The position numbers and the translations under genes were made by a program. Below are positions 10,851 through 24,500 of a DNA stretch of 64,000 nt, one piece after another (the first letter of the stretch is position 1; each line of letters begins with the position of its first letter). Source of the stretch: Auanema rhodensis (lineage: Eukaryota > Animalia > Nematoda); contig OZ059900.1 of the NCBI GenBank assembly GCA_964057225.1, positions 16,740,001 through 16,804,000 on the forward strand. Direction: 5' to 3'. The notes below the pieces were generated by a model. That model did no database searches. It saw nothing but the letters and a program-made list of their open reading frames with translations, and was not told the origin of the DNA.

Positions 10851-13800
10851 CTGAACACTAGAAGAATACAAAAACACAGTATTTCCCATGAGAAATATTT
10901 TATTATGCTGGAAAACCAGTTTGTGGAAATTTCGCTGTAAACAAGGTTTTGACTTACGATTTCATGTGTTCAAACTCATGCAATGTCAATGAAACCTAGC
11001 TCAAAATTGTTCGTACAACGTCTAGTTCCACTTTCACGACAAAAAAACAGGGGTTAGAAAATTAAGGAAATTAGCATATTCTGAGGGCACGCCCCTTATG
11101 GCTAATATTGATTAAATCGATTTTTGTTCATATGAGTCGTCAAATGCAACGAATTTCAGCGTGTTACATACTAAAATGAAGCATTTTACATGCTGAAGAC
11201 TAGAAAAATACAAAAACACAGTATTTCCCATGAGAAATATTCTATTATGCTGGAAAACCAGTTTTTGGAAATTTCGCTGTAAACAAGGTTTTGACTTACG
11301 ATTTCATGTGTTCAAACTCATGCAATGTCAATGAAACCTAGCTCAAAATTGTTCGTACAACGTCTAGTTCCACTTTCACGACAAAAAAACAGGGGTTAGA
11401 AAATTAAGGAAATTAGCATATTCTGAGGGCACGCCCCTTATGGCTAATATTGATTAAATCGATTTTTGTTCATATGAGTCGTCAAATGCAACGAATTTCA
11501 GCGTGTTACATACTAAAATGAAGCATTTTACATGCTGAACACTAGAAGAATACAAAAACACAGTATTTCCCATGAGAAATATTTTATTATGCTGGAAAAC
11601 CAGTTTGTGGAAATTTCGCTGTAAACAAGGTTTTGACTTACGATTTCATGTGTTCAAACTCATGCAATGTCAATGAAACCTAGCTCAAAATTGTTCGTAC
11701 AACGTCTAGTTCCACTTTCACGACAAAAAAACAGGGGTTAGAAAATTAAGGAAATTAGCATATTCTGAGGGCACGCCCCTTATGGCTAATATTGATTAAA
11801 TCGATTTTTGTTCATATGAGTCGTCAAATGCAACGAATTTCAGCGTGTTACATACTAAAATGAAGCATTTTACATGCTGAACACTAGAAAAATACAAAAA
11901 CACAGTATTTCCCATGAGAAATATTTTATCATGCTGGAAAACCAGTTTTTGGAAATTTCGCTGTAAACAAGGTTTTGACTTACGATTTCATGTGTTCAAA
12001 CTCATGCAATGTCAATGAAACCTAGCTCAAAATTGTTTGTACAACGTCTAGTTCCACTTTCACGACAAAAAAACAAGGGTTAGAAAATTAAGGAAATTAG
12101 CATATTCTGAGGGCACGCCCCTTATGGCTAATATTGATTAAATCGATTTTTGTTCATATGAGTCGTCAAATGCAACGAATTTCAGCGTGTTACACACTAA
12201 AATGAAGCATTTCACATGCTGAACACTAGAAGAATACAAAAACACAGTATTTCCCATGAGAAATATTTTATTATGCTGGAAAACCAGTTTTTCGAAATTT
12301 CGCTGTAAACAAGGTTTTGACTTACGATTTCATGTGTTCAAACTTATGCAATGTCAATGAAACCTAGCTCAAAATTGTTCGTACAACGTCTAGTTCCACT
12401 TTCACGACAAAAAAACAGGGGTTAGAAAATTAAGGAAATTAGCATATTCTGAGGGCACGCCCCTTATGGCTAATATTGATTAAATCGATTTTTGTTCATA
12501 TGAGTCGTCAAATGCAACGAATTTCAGCGTGTTACAAACTAAAATGAAGCATTTTACATGCTGAACACTAGAAAAATACAAAAACACAGTATTTCCCATG
12601 AGAAATATTTTATCATGCTGGAAAACCAGTTTTTGGAAATTTCGCTGTAAACAAAGTTTTGACTTACGATTTCATGTGTTCAAACTCATGCAATGTCAAT
12701 GAAACCTAGCTCAAAATTGTTCGTACAACGTCTAGTTCCACTTTCACGACAAAAAAACAGGGGTTAGAAAATTAAGGAAATTAGCATATTCTGAGGGCAC
12801 GCCCCTTATGGCTAATATTGATTAAATCGATTTTTGTTCATATGAGTCGTCAAATGCAACGAATTTCAGCGTGTTATATACTAAAATGAAGCATTTTACA
12901 TGCTGAACACTAGAAAAATACAAAAACACAGTATTTCCCATGAGAAATATTTTATCATGCTGGAAAACCAGTTTTTGGAAATTTCGCTGTAAACAAGGTT
13001 TTGACTTACGATTTCATGTGTTCAAACTCATGCAATGTCAATGAAACCTAGCTCAAAATTGTTCGTACAACGTCTAGTTCCACTTTCACGACAAAAAAAC
13101 AGGGGTTAGAAAATTAAGGAAATTAGCATATTCTGAGGGCACGCCCCTTATGGCTAATATTGATTAAATCGATTTTTGTTCATATGAGTCGTCAAATGCA
13201 ACGAATTTCAGCGTGTTACACATTAAAATGAAGCATTTTACATGCTGAACACTAGAAAAATACAAAAACACAGTATTTCCCATGAGAAATATTTTATTAT
13301 GCTGGAAAACCAGTTTTTGGAAATTTCGCTGTAAACAAGGTTTTGACTTACGATTTCATGTGTTCAAACTCATGCAATGTCAATGAAACCTAGCTCAAAA
13401 TTGTTCGTACAACGTCTAGTTCCACTTTCACGACAAAAAAACAAGGGTTAGAAAATTAAGGAAATTAGCATATTCTGAGGGCACGCCCCTTATGGCTAAT
13501 ATTGATTAAATCGATTTTTGTTCATATGAGTCGTCAAATGCAACGAATTTCAGCGTGTTACAAACTAAAATGAAGCATTTTACATGCTGAACACTAGAAA
13601 AATACAAAAACACAGTATTTCCCATGAGAAATATTTTATTATGCTGGAAAACCAGTTTTTGGAAATTTCGCTGTAAACAAGGTTTTGACTTACGATTTCA
13701 TGTGTTCAAACTCATGCAATGTCAATGAAACCTAGCTCAAAATTGTTCGTACAACGTCTAGTTCCACTTTCACGACAAAAAAACAGGGGTTAGAAAATTA

Positions 13801-16800
13801 AGGAAATTAGCATATTCTGAGGGCACGCCCCTTATGGCTAATATTGATTAAATCGATTTTTGTTCATATGAGTCGTCAAATGCAACGAATTTCAGCGTGT
13901 TACATACTAAAATGAAGCATTTTACATGCTGAACACTAGAAAAATACAAAAACACAGTATTTCCCATGAGAAATATTTTATCATGCTGGAAAACCAGTTT
14001 TTGGAAATTTCGCTGTAAACAAGGTTTTGACTTACGATTTCATGTGTTCAAACTCATGCAATGTCAATGAAACCTAGCTCAAAATTGTTCGTACAACGTC
14101 TAGTTCCACTTTCACGACAAAAAAACAGGGGTTAGAAAATTAAGGAAATTAGCATATTCTGAGGGCACGCCCCTTATGGCTAATATTGATTAAATCGATT
14201 TTTGTTCATATGAGTCGTCAAATGCAACGAATTTCAGCGTGTTACACATTAAAATGAAGCATTTTACATGCTGAACACTAGAAAAATACAAAAACACAGT
14301 ATTTCCCATGAGAAATATTTTATCATGCTGGAAAACCAGTTTTTGGAAATTTCGCTGTAAACAAGGTTTTGACTTACGATTTCATGTGTTCAAACTCATG
14401 CAATGTCAATGAAACCTAGCTCAAAATTGTTTGTACAACGTCTAGTTCCACTTTCACGACAAAAAAACAGGGGTTAGAAAATTAAGGAAATTAGCATATT
14501 CTGAGGGCACGCCCCTTATGGCTAATATTGATTAAATCGATTTTTGTTCATATGAGTCGTCAAATGCAACGAATTTCAGCGTGTTACAAACTAAAATGAA
14601 GCATTTTACATGCTGAACACTAGAAAAATACAAAAACACAGTGTTTCCCATGAGAAATATTTTATTATGCTGGAAAACCAGTTTTTGGAAATTTCGCTGT
14701 AAACAAGGTTTTGACTTACGATTTCATGTGTTCAAACTCATGCAACGTCAATGAAACCTAGCTCAAAATTGTTCGTACAACGTCTAGTTCCACTTTCACG
14801 ACAAAAAAACAGGGGTTAGAAAATTAAGGAAATTAGCATATTCTGAGGGCACGCCCCTTATGGCTAATATTGATTAAATCGATTTTTGTTCATATGAGTC
14901 GTCAAATGCAACGAATTTCAGCGTGTTACACACTAAAATGAAGCATTTCACATGCTGAACACTAGAAGAATACAAAAACACAGTTTTTCCATGAGAAATA
15001 TTTTATTATGCTGGAAAACCAGTTTTTCGAAATTTCGCTGTAAACAAGGTTTTGACTTACGATTTCATGTGTTCAAACTCATGCAATGTCAATGAAACCT
15101 AGCTCAAAATTGTTCGTACAACGTCTAGTTCCACTTTCACGACAAAAAAGCAAGGGTTAGAAAATTAAGGAAATTAGCATATTCTGAGGGCACGCCCCTT
15201 ATGGCTAATATTGATTAAATCGATTTTTGTTCATATGAGTCGTCAAATGCAACGAATTTCAGCGTGTTACATACTAAAATGAAGCATTTTACATGCTGAA
15301 CACTAGAAAAATACAAAAACACAGTATTTCCCATGAGAAATATTTTATTATGCTGGAAAACCAGTTTTTGGAAATTTCGCTGTAAACAAGGTTTTGACTT
15401 ACGATTTCATGTGTTCAAACTCATGCAATGTCAATGAAACCTAGCTCAAAATTGTTTGTACAACGTCTAGTTCCACTTTCACGACAAAAAAACAAGGGTT
15501 AGAAAATTAAGGAAATTAGCATATTCTGAGGGCACGCCCCTTATGGCTAATATTGATTAAATCGATTTTTGTTCATATGAGTCGTCAAATGCAACGAATT
15601 TCAGCGTGTTACATACTAAAATGAAGCATTTTACATGCTGAACACTAGAAGAATACAAAAACACAGTATTTCCCATGAGAAATATTTTATTATGCTGGAA
15701 AACCAGTTTGTGGAAATTTCGCTGTAAACAAGGTTTTGACTTACGATTTCATGTGTTCAAACTCATGCAATGTCAATGAAACCTAGCTCAAAATTGTTCG
15801 TACAACGTCTAGTTCCACTTTCACGACAAAAAAACAGGGGTTAGAAAATTAAGGAAATTAGCATATTCTGAGGGCACGCCCCTTATGGCTAATATTGATT
15901 AAATCGATTTTTGTTCATATGAGTCGTCAAATGCAACGAATTTCAGCGTGTTACATACTAAAATGAAGCATTTTACATGCTGAACACTAGAAAAATACAA
16001 AAACACAGTATTTCCCATGAGAAATATTTTATCATGCTGGAAAACCAGTTTTTGGAAATTTCGCTGTAAACAAGGTTTTGACTTACGATTTCATGTGTTC
16101 AAACTCATGCAATGTCAATGAAACCTAGCTCAAAATTGTTTGTACAACGTCTAGTTCCACTTTCACGACAAAAAAACAAGGGTTAGAAAATTAAGGAAAT
16201 TAGCATATTCTGAGGGCACGCCCCTTATGGCTAATATTGATTAAATCGATTTTTGTTCATATGAGTCGTCAAATGCAACGAATTTCAGCGTGTTACATAC
16301 TAAAATGAAGCATTTTACATGCTGAACACTAGAAAAATACAAAAACACAGTATTTCCCATGAGAAATATTTTATTATGCTGGAAAACCAGTTTTTGGAAA
16401 TTTCGCTGTAAACAAGGTTTTGACTTACGATTTCATGTGTTCAAACTCATGCAATGTCAATGAAACCTAGCTCAAAATTGTTCGTACAACGTCTAGTTCC
16501 ACTTTCACGACAAAAAAACAGGGGTTAGAAAATTAAGGAAATTAGCATATTCTGAGGGCACGCCCCTTATGGCTAATATTGATTAAATCGATTTTTGTTC
16601 ATATGAGTCGTCAAATGCAACGAATTTCAGCGTGTTACACACTAAAATGAAGCATTTCACATGCTGAACACTAGAAGAATACAAAAACACAGTATTTCCC
16701 ATGAGAAATATTTTATTATGCTGGAAAACCAGTTTTTCGAAATTTCGCTGTAAACAAGGTTTTGACTTACGATTTCATGTGTTCAAACTCATGCAATGTC

Positions 16801-18395
16801 AATGAAACCTAGCTCAAAATTGTTCGTACAACGTCTAGTTCCACTTTCACGACAAAAAAACAGGGGTTAGAAAATTAAGGAAATTAGCATATTCTGAGGG
16901 CACGCCCCTTATGGCTAATATTGATTAAATCGATTTTTGTTCATATGAGTCGTCAAATGCAACGAATTTCAGCGTGTTACATACTAAAATGAAGCATTTT
17001 ACATGCTGAACACTAGAAAAATACAAAAACACAGTATTTCCCATGAGAAATATTTTATCATGCTGGAAAACCAGTTTTTGGAAATTTCGCTGTAAACAAG
17101 GTTTTGACTTACGATTTCATGTGTTCAAACTCATGCAATGTCAATGAAACCTAGCTCAAAATTGTTTGTACAACGTCTAGTTCCACTTTCACGACAAAAA
17201 AACAAGGGTTAGAAAATTAAGGAAATTAGCATATTCTGAGGGCACGCCCCTTATGGCTAATATTGATTAATTCGATTTTTGTTCATATGAGTCGTCAAAT
17301 GCAACGAATTTCAGCGTGTTACACACTAAAATGAAGCATTTCACATGCTGAACACTAGAAGAATACAAAAACACAGTATTTCCCATGAGAAATATTTTAT
17401 TATGCTGGAAAACCAGTTTTTCGAAATTTCGCTGTAAACAAGGTTTTGACTTACGATTTCATGTGTTCAAACTCATGCAATGTCAATGAAACCTAGCTCA
17501 AAATTGTTCGTACAACGTCTAGTTCCACTTTCACGACAAAAAAACAGGGGTTAGAAAATTAAGGAAATTAGCATATTCTGAGGGCACGCCCCTTATGGCT
17601 AATATTGATTAAATCGATTTTTGTTCATATGAGTCGTCAAATGCAACGAATTTCAGCGTGTTACATACTAAAATGAAGCATTTTACATGCTGAACACTAG
17701 AAAAATACAAAAACACAGTATTTCCCATGAGAAATATTTTATCATGCTGGAAAACCAGTTTTTGGAAATTTCGCTGTAAACAAGGTTTTGACTTACGATT
17801 TCATGTGTTCAAACTCATGCAATGTCAATGAAACCTAGCTCAAAATTGTTTGTACAACGTCTAGTTCCACTTTCACGACAAAAAAACAAGGGTTAGAAAA
17901 TTAAGGAAATTAGCATATTCTGAGGGCACGCCCCTTATGGCTAATATTGATTAATTCGATTTTTGTTCATATGAGTCGTCAAATGCAACGAATTTCAGCG
18001 TGTTACATACTAAAATGAAGCATTTTACATGCTGAACACTAGAAAAATACAAAAACACAGTATTTCCCATGAGAAATATTTTATTATGCTGGAAAACCAG
18101 TTTTTGGAAATTTCGCTGTAAACAAGGTTTTGACTTACGATTTCATGTGTTCAAACTCATGCAATGTCAATGAAACCTAGCTCAAAATTGTTCGTACAAC
18201 GTCTAGTTCCACTTTCACGACAAAAAAACAGGGGTTAGAAAATTAAGGAAATTAGCATATTCTGAGGGCACGCCCCTTATGGCTAATATTGATTAAATCG
18301 ATTTTTGTTCATATGAGTCGTCAAATGCAACGAATTTCAGCGTGTTACATACTAAAATGAAGCATTTTACATGCTGAACACTAGAAAAATACAAA

Positions 18396-18595
18396 NNNNN
18401 NNNNNNNNNNNNNNNNNNNNNNNNNNNNNNNNNNNNNNNNNNNNNNNNNNNNNNNNNNNNNNNNNNNNNNNNNNNNNNNNNNNNNNNNNNNNNNNNNNNN
18501 NNNNNNNNNNNNNNNNNNNNNNNNNNNNNNNNNNNNNNNNNNNNNNNNNNNNNNNNNNNNNNNNNNNNNNNNNNNNNNNNNNNNNNNNNNNNNNN
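18396..18595. other. Assembly gap of exactly 200 N (contig join, true size unknown)
   Basis: A run of 200 N. A round, fixed-length gap is typical of scaffolded or curated assemblies. Confidence 0.98.
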
Positions 18596-21500
18596 ACGCT
18601 GAAATTCGTTGCATTTGACGACTCATATGAACAAAAATCGAATTAATCAATATTAGCCATAAGGGGCGTGCCCTCAGAATATGCTAATTTCCTTAATTTT
18701 CTAACCCTTGTTTTTTTGTCGTGAAAGTGGAACTAGACGTTGTACAAACAATTTTGAGCTAGGTTTCATTGACATTGCATGAGTTTGAACACATGAAATC
18801 GTAAGTCAAAACCTTGTTTACAGCGAAATTTCCAAAAACTGGTTTTCCAGCATGATAAAATATTTCTCATGGGAAATACTGTGTTTTTGTATTTTTCTAG
18901 TGTTCAGCATGTAAAATGCTTCATTTTAGTATGTAACACGCTGAAATTCGTTGCATTTGACGACTCATATGAACAAAAATCGATTTAATCAATATTAGCC
19001 ATAAGGGGCGTGCCCTCAGAATATGCTAATTTCCTTAATTTTCTAACCCCTGTTTTTTTGTCGTGAAAGTGGAACTAGACGTTGTACGAACAATTTTGAG
19101 CTAGGTTTCATTGACATTGCATGAGTTTGAACACATGAAATCGTAAGTCAAAACCTTGTTTACAGCGAAATTTCGAAAAACTGGTTTTCCAGCATAATAA
19201 AATATTTCTCATGGGAAATACTGTGTTTTTGTATTCTTCTAGTGTTCAGCATGTGAAATGCTTCATTTTAGTGTGTAACACGCTGAAATTCGTTGCATTT
19301 GACGACTCATATGAACAAAAATCGATTTAATCAATATTAGCCATAAGGGGCGTGCCCTCAGAATATGCTAATTTCCTTAATTTTCTAACCCCTGTTTTTT
19401 TGTCGTGAAAGTGGAACTAGACGTTGTACGAACAATTTTGAGCTAGGTTTCATTGACATTGCATGAGTTTGAACACATGAAATCGTAAGTCAAAACCTTG
19501 TTTACAGCGAAATTTCCAAAAACTGGTTTTCCAGCATAATAAAATATTTCTCATGGGAAATACTGTGTTTTTGTATTTTTCTAGTGTTCAGCATGTAAAA
19601 TGCTTCATTTTAGTATGTAACACGCTGAAATTCGTTGCATTTGACGACTCATATGAACAAAAATCGATTTAATCAATATTAGCCATAAGGGGCGTGCCCT
19701 CAGAATATGCTAATTTCCTTAATTTTCTAACCCTTGTTTTTTTGTCGTGAAAGTGGAACTAGACGTTGTACAAACAATTTTGAGCTAGGTTTCATTGACA
19801 TTGCATGAGTTTGAACACATGAAATCGTAAGTCAAAACCTTGTTTACAGCGAAATTTCCAAAAACTGGTTTTCCAGCATGATAAAATATTTCTCATGGGA
19901 AATACTGTGTTTTTGTATTTTTCTAGTGTTCAGCATGTAAAATGCTTCATTTTAGTATGTAACACGCTGAAATTCGTTGCATTTGACGACTCATATGAAC
20001 AAAAATCGATTTAATCAATATTAGCCATAAGGGGCGTGCCCTCAGAATATGCTAATTTCCTTAATTTTCTAACCCCTGTTTTTTTGTCGTGAAAGTGGAA
20101 CTAGACGTTGTACGAACAATTTTGAGCTAGGTTTCATTGACATTGCATGAGTTTGAACACATGAAATCGTAAGTCAAAACCTTGTTTACAGCGAAATTTC
20201 CACAAACTGGTTTTCCAGCATAATAAAATATTTCTCATGGGAAATACTGTGTTTTTGTATTCTTCTAGTGTTCAGCATGTAAAATGCTTCATTTTAGTAT
20301 GTAACACGCTGAAATTCGTTGCATTTGACGACTCATATGAACAAAAATCGATTTAATCAATATTAGCCATAAGGGGCGTGCCCTCAGAATATGCTAATTT
20401 CCTTAATTTTCTAACCCTTGTTTTTTTGTCGTGAAAGTGGAACTAGACGTTGTACAAACAATTTTGAGCTAGGTTTCATTGACATTGCATGAGTTTGAAC
20501 ACATGAAATCGTAAGTCAAAACCTTGTTTACAGCGAAATTTCCAAAAACTGGTTTTCCAGCATAATAAAATATTTCTCATGGGAAATACTGTGTTTTTGT
20601 ATTTTTCTAGTGTTCAGCATGTAAAATGCTTCATTTTAGTATGTAACACGCTGAAATTCGTTGCATTTGACGACTCATATGAACAAAAATCGATTTAATC
20701 AATATTAGCCATAAGGGGCGTGCCCTCAGAATATGCTAATTTCCTTAATTTTCTAACCCTTGCTTTTTTGTCGTGAAAGTGGAACTAGACGTTGTACGAA
20801 CAATTTTGAGCTAGGTTTCATTGACATTGCATGAGTTTGAACACATGAAATCGTAAGTCAAAACCTTGTTTACAGCGAAATTTCGAAAAACTGGTTTTCC
20901 AGCATAATAAAATATTTCTCATGGAAAAACTGTGTTTTTGTATTCTTCTAGTGTTCAGCATGTGAAATGCTTCATTTTAGTGTGTAACACGCTGAAATTC
21001 GTTGCATTTGACGACTCATATGAACAAAAATCGATTTAATCAATATTAGCCATAAGGGGCGTGCCCTCAGAATATGCTAATTTCCTTAATTTTCTAACCC
21101 CTGTTTTTTTGTCGTGAAAGTGGAACTAGACGTTGTACGAACAATTTTGAGCTAGGTTTCATTGACGTTGCATGAGTTTGAACACATGAAATCGTAAGTC
21201 AAAACCTTGTTTACAGCGAAATTTCCAAAAACTGGTTTTCCAGCATAATAAAATATTTCTCATGGGAAACACTGTGTTTTTGTATTTTTCTAGTGTTCAG
21301 CATGTAAAATGCTTCATTTTAGTTTGTAACACGCTGAAATTCGTTGCATTTGACGACTCATATGAACAAAAATCGATTTAATCAATATTAGCCATAAGGG
21401 GCGTGCCCTCAGAATATGCTAATTTCCTTAATTTTCTAACCCCTGTTTTTTTGTCGTGAAAGTGGAACTAGACGTTGTACAAACAATTTTGAGCTAGGTT

Positions 21501-24500
21501 TCATTGACATTGCATGAGTTTGAACACATGAAATCGTAAGTCAAAACCTTGTTTACAGCGAAATTTCCAAAAACTGGTTTTCCAGCATGATAAAATATTT
21601 CTCATGGGAAATACTGTGTTTTTGTATTTTTCTAGTGTTCAGCATGTAAAATGCTTCATTTTAATGTGTAACACGCTGAAATTCGTTGCATTTGACGACT
21701 CATATGAACAAAAATCGATTTAATCAATATTAGCCATAAGGGGCGTGCCCTCAGAATATGCTAATTTCCTTAATTTTCTAACCCCTGTTTTTTTGTCGTG
21801 AAAGTGGAACTAGACGTTGTACGAACAATTTTGAGCTAGGTTTCATTGACATTGCATGAGTTTGAACACATGAAATCGTAAGTCAAAACCTTGTTTACAG
21901 CGAAATTTCCAAAAACTGGTTTTCCAGCATGATAAAATATTTCTCATGGGAAATACTGTGTTTTTGTATTTTTCTAGTGTTCAGCATGTAAAATGCTTCA
22001 TTTTAGTATGTAACACGCTGAAATTCGTTGCATTTGACGACTCATATGAACAAAAATCGATTTAATCAATATTAGCCATAAGGGGCGTGCCCTCAGAATA
22101 TGCTAATTTCCTTAATTTTCTAACCCCTGTTTTTTTGTCGTGAAAGTGGAACTAGACGTTGTACGAACAATTTTGAGCTAGGTTTCATTGACATTGCATG
22201 AGTTTGAACACATGAAATCGTAAGTCAAAACCTTGTTTACAGCGAAATTTCCAAAAACTGGTTTTCCAGCATAATAAAATATTTCTCATGGGAAATACTG
22301 TGTTTTTGTATTTTTCTAGTGTTCAGCATGTAAAATGCTTCATTTTAGTTTGTAACACGCTGAAATTCGTTGCATTTGACGACTCATATGAACAAAAATC
22401 GATTTAATCAATATTAGCCATAAGGGGCGTGCCCTCAGAATATGCTAATTTCCTTAATTTTCTAACCCTTGTTTTTTTGTCGTGAAAGTGGAACTAGACG
22501 TTGTACGAACAATTTTGAGCTAGGTTTCATTGACATTGCATGAGTTTGAACACATGAAATCGTAAGTCAAAACCTTGTTTACAGCGAAATTTCCAAAAAC
22601 TGGTTTTCCAGCATAATAAAATATTTCTCATGGGAAATACTGTGTTTTTGTATTTTTCTAGTGTTCAGCATGTAAAATGCTTCATTTTAATGTGTAACAC
22701 GCTGAAATTCGTTGCATTTGACGACTCATATGAACAAAAATCGATTTAATCAATATTAGCCATAAGGGGCGTGCCCTCAGAATATGCTAATTTCCTTAAT
22801 TTTCTAACCCCTGTTTTTTTGTCGTGAAAGTGGAACTAGACGTTGTACGAACAATTTTGAGCTAGGTTTCATTGACATTGCATGAGTTTGAACACATGAA
22901 ATCGTAAGTCAAAACCTTGTTTACAGCGAAATTTCCAAAAACTGGTTTTCCAGCATGATAAAATATTTCTCATGGGAAATACTGTGTTTTTGTATTTTTC
23001 TAGTGTTCAGCATGTAAAATGCTTCATTTTAGTATATAACACGCTGAAATTCGTTGCATTTGACGACTCATATGAACAAAAATCGATTTAATCAATATTA
23101 GCCATAAGGGGCGTGCCCTCAGAATATGCTAATTTCCTTAATTTTCTAACCCCTGTTTTTTTGTCGTGAAAGTGGAACTAGACGTTGTACGAACAATTTT
23201 GAGCTAGGTTTCATTGACATTGCATGAGTTTGAACACATGAAATCGTAAGTCAAAACTTTGTTTACAGCGAAATTTCCAAAAACTGGTTTTCCAGCATGA
23301 TAAAATATTTCTCATGGGAAATACTGTGTTTTTGTATTTTTCTAGTGTTCAGCATGTAAAATGCTTCATTTTAGTTTGTAACACGCTGAAATTCGTTGCA
23401 TTTGACGACTCATATGAACAAAAATCGATTTAATCAATATTAGCCATAAGGGGCGTGCCCTCAGAATATGCTAATTTCCTTAATTTTCTAACCCCTGTTT
23501 TTTTGTCGTGAAAGTGGAACTAGACGTTGTACGAACAATTTTGAGCTAGGTTTCATTGACATTGCATAAGTTTGAACACATGAAATCGTAAGTCAAAACC
23601 TTGTTTACAGCGAAATTTCGAAAAACTGGTTTTCCAGCATAATAAAATATTTCTCATGGGAAATACTGTGTTTTTGTATTCTTCTAGTGTTCAGCATGTG
23701 AAATGCTTCATTTTAGTGTGTAACACGCTGAAATTCGTTGCATTTGACGACTCATATGAACAAAAATCGATTTAATCAATATTAGCCATAAGGGGCGTGC
23801 CCTCAGAATATGCTAATTTCCTTAATTTTCTAACCCTTGTTTTTTTGTCGTGAAAGTGGAACTAGACGTTGTACAAACAATTTTGAGCTAGGTTTCATTG
23901 ACATTGCATGAGTTTGAACACATGAAATCGTAAGTCAAAACCTTGTTTACAGCGAAATTTCCAAAAACTGGTTTTCCAGCATGATAAAATATTTCTCATG
24001 GGAAATACTGTGTTTTTGTATTTTTCTAGTGTTCAGCATGTAAAATGCTTCATTTTAGTATGTAACACGCTGAAATTCGTTGCATTTGACGACTCATATG
24101 AACAAAAATCGATTTAATCAATATTAGCCATAAGGGGCGTGCCCTCAGAATATGCTAATTTCCTTAATTTTCTAACCCCTGTTTTTTTGTCGTGAAAGTG
24201 GAACTAGACGTTGTACGAACAATTTTGAGCTAGGTTTCATTGACATTGCATGAGTTTGAACACATGAAATCGTAAGTCAAAACCTTGTTTACAGCGAAAT
24301 TTCCACAAACTGGTTTTCCAGCATAATAAAATATTTCTCATGGGAAATACTGTGTTTTTGTATTCTTCTAGTGTTCAGCATGTAAAATGCTTCATTTTAG
24401 TATGTAACACGCTGAAATTCGTTGCATTTGACGACTCATATGAACAAAAATCGATTTAATCAATATTAGCCATAAGGGGCGTGCCCTCAGAATATGCTAA

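Larger units (their letters stand above)
1..18395 (+). repeat. 342-bp tandem satellite array, forward orientation (~53.8 monomers)
   Basis: ttttgacttacgatttcatg recurs at 1, 343, 685, 1027, 1369, 1711 and onward, with period 342. Monomers differ at only a few positions. The only phase shifts seen are +1 at 8321, +1 at 9690 and -1 near 14985. Confidence 0.99.

Noticed and set aside
17951-17960. The arithmetic symmetry axis (17956/17957) falls next to the rare ttaattcga variant
   Set aside because: The axis position depends on the arbitrary 200-N gap length, and the sequence does not change orientation there.
18605-18622. CENP-B-box-like ttcgttgca
   Set aside because: It matches only the TTCG....A part; the required CGGG is absent (tgac instead).
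18371-18650. Two ORFs (91 aa on +, 89 aa on -) in the supplied track
   Set aside because: They are open only because they read through the 200-N gap; the flanks are satellite.
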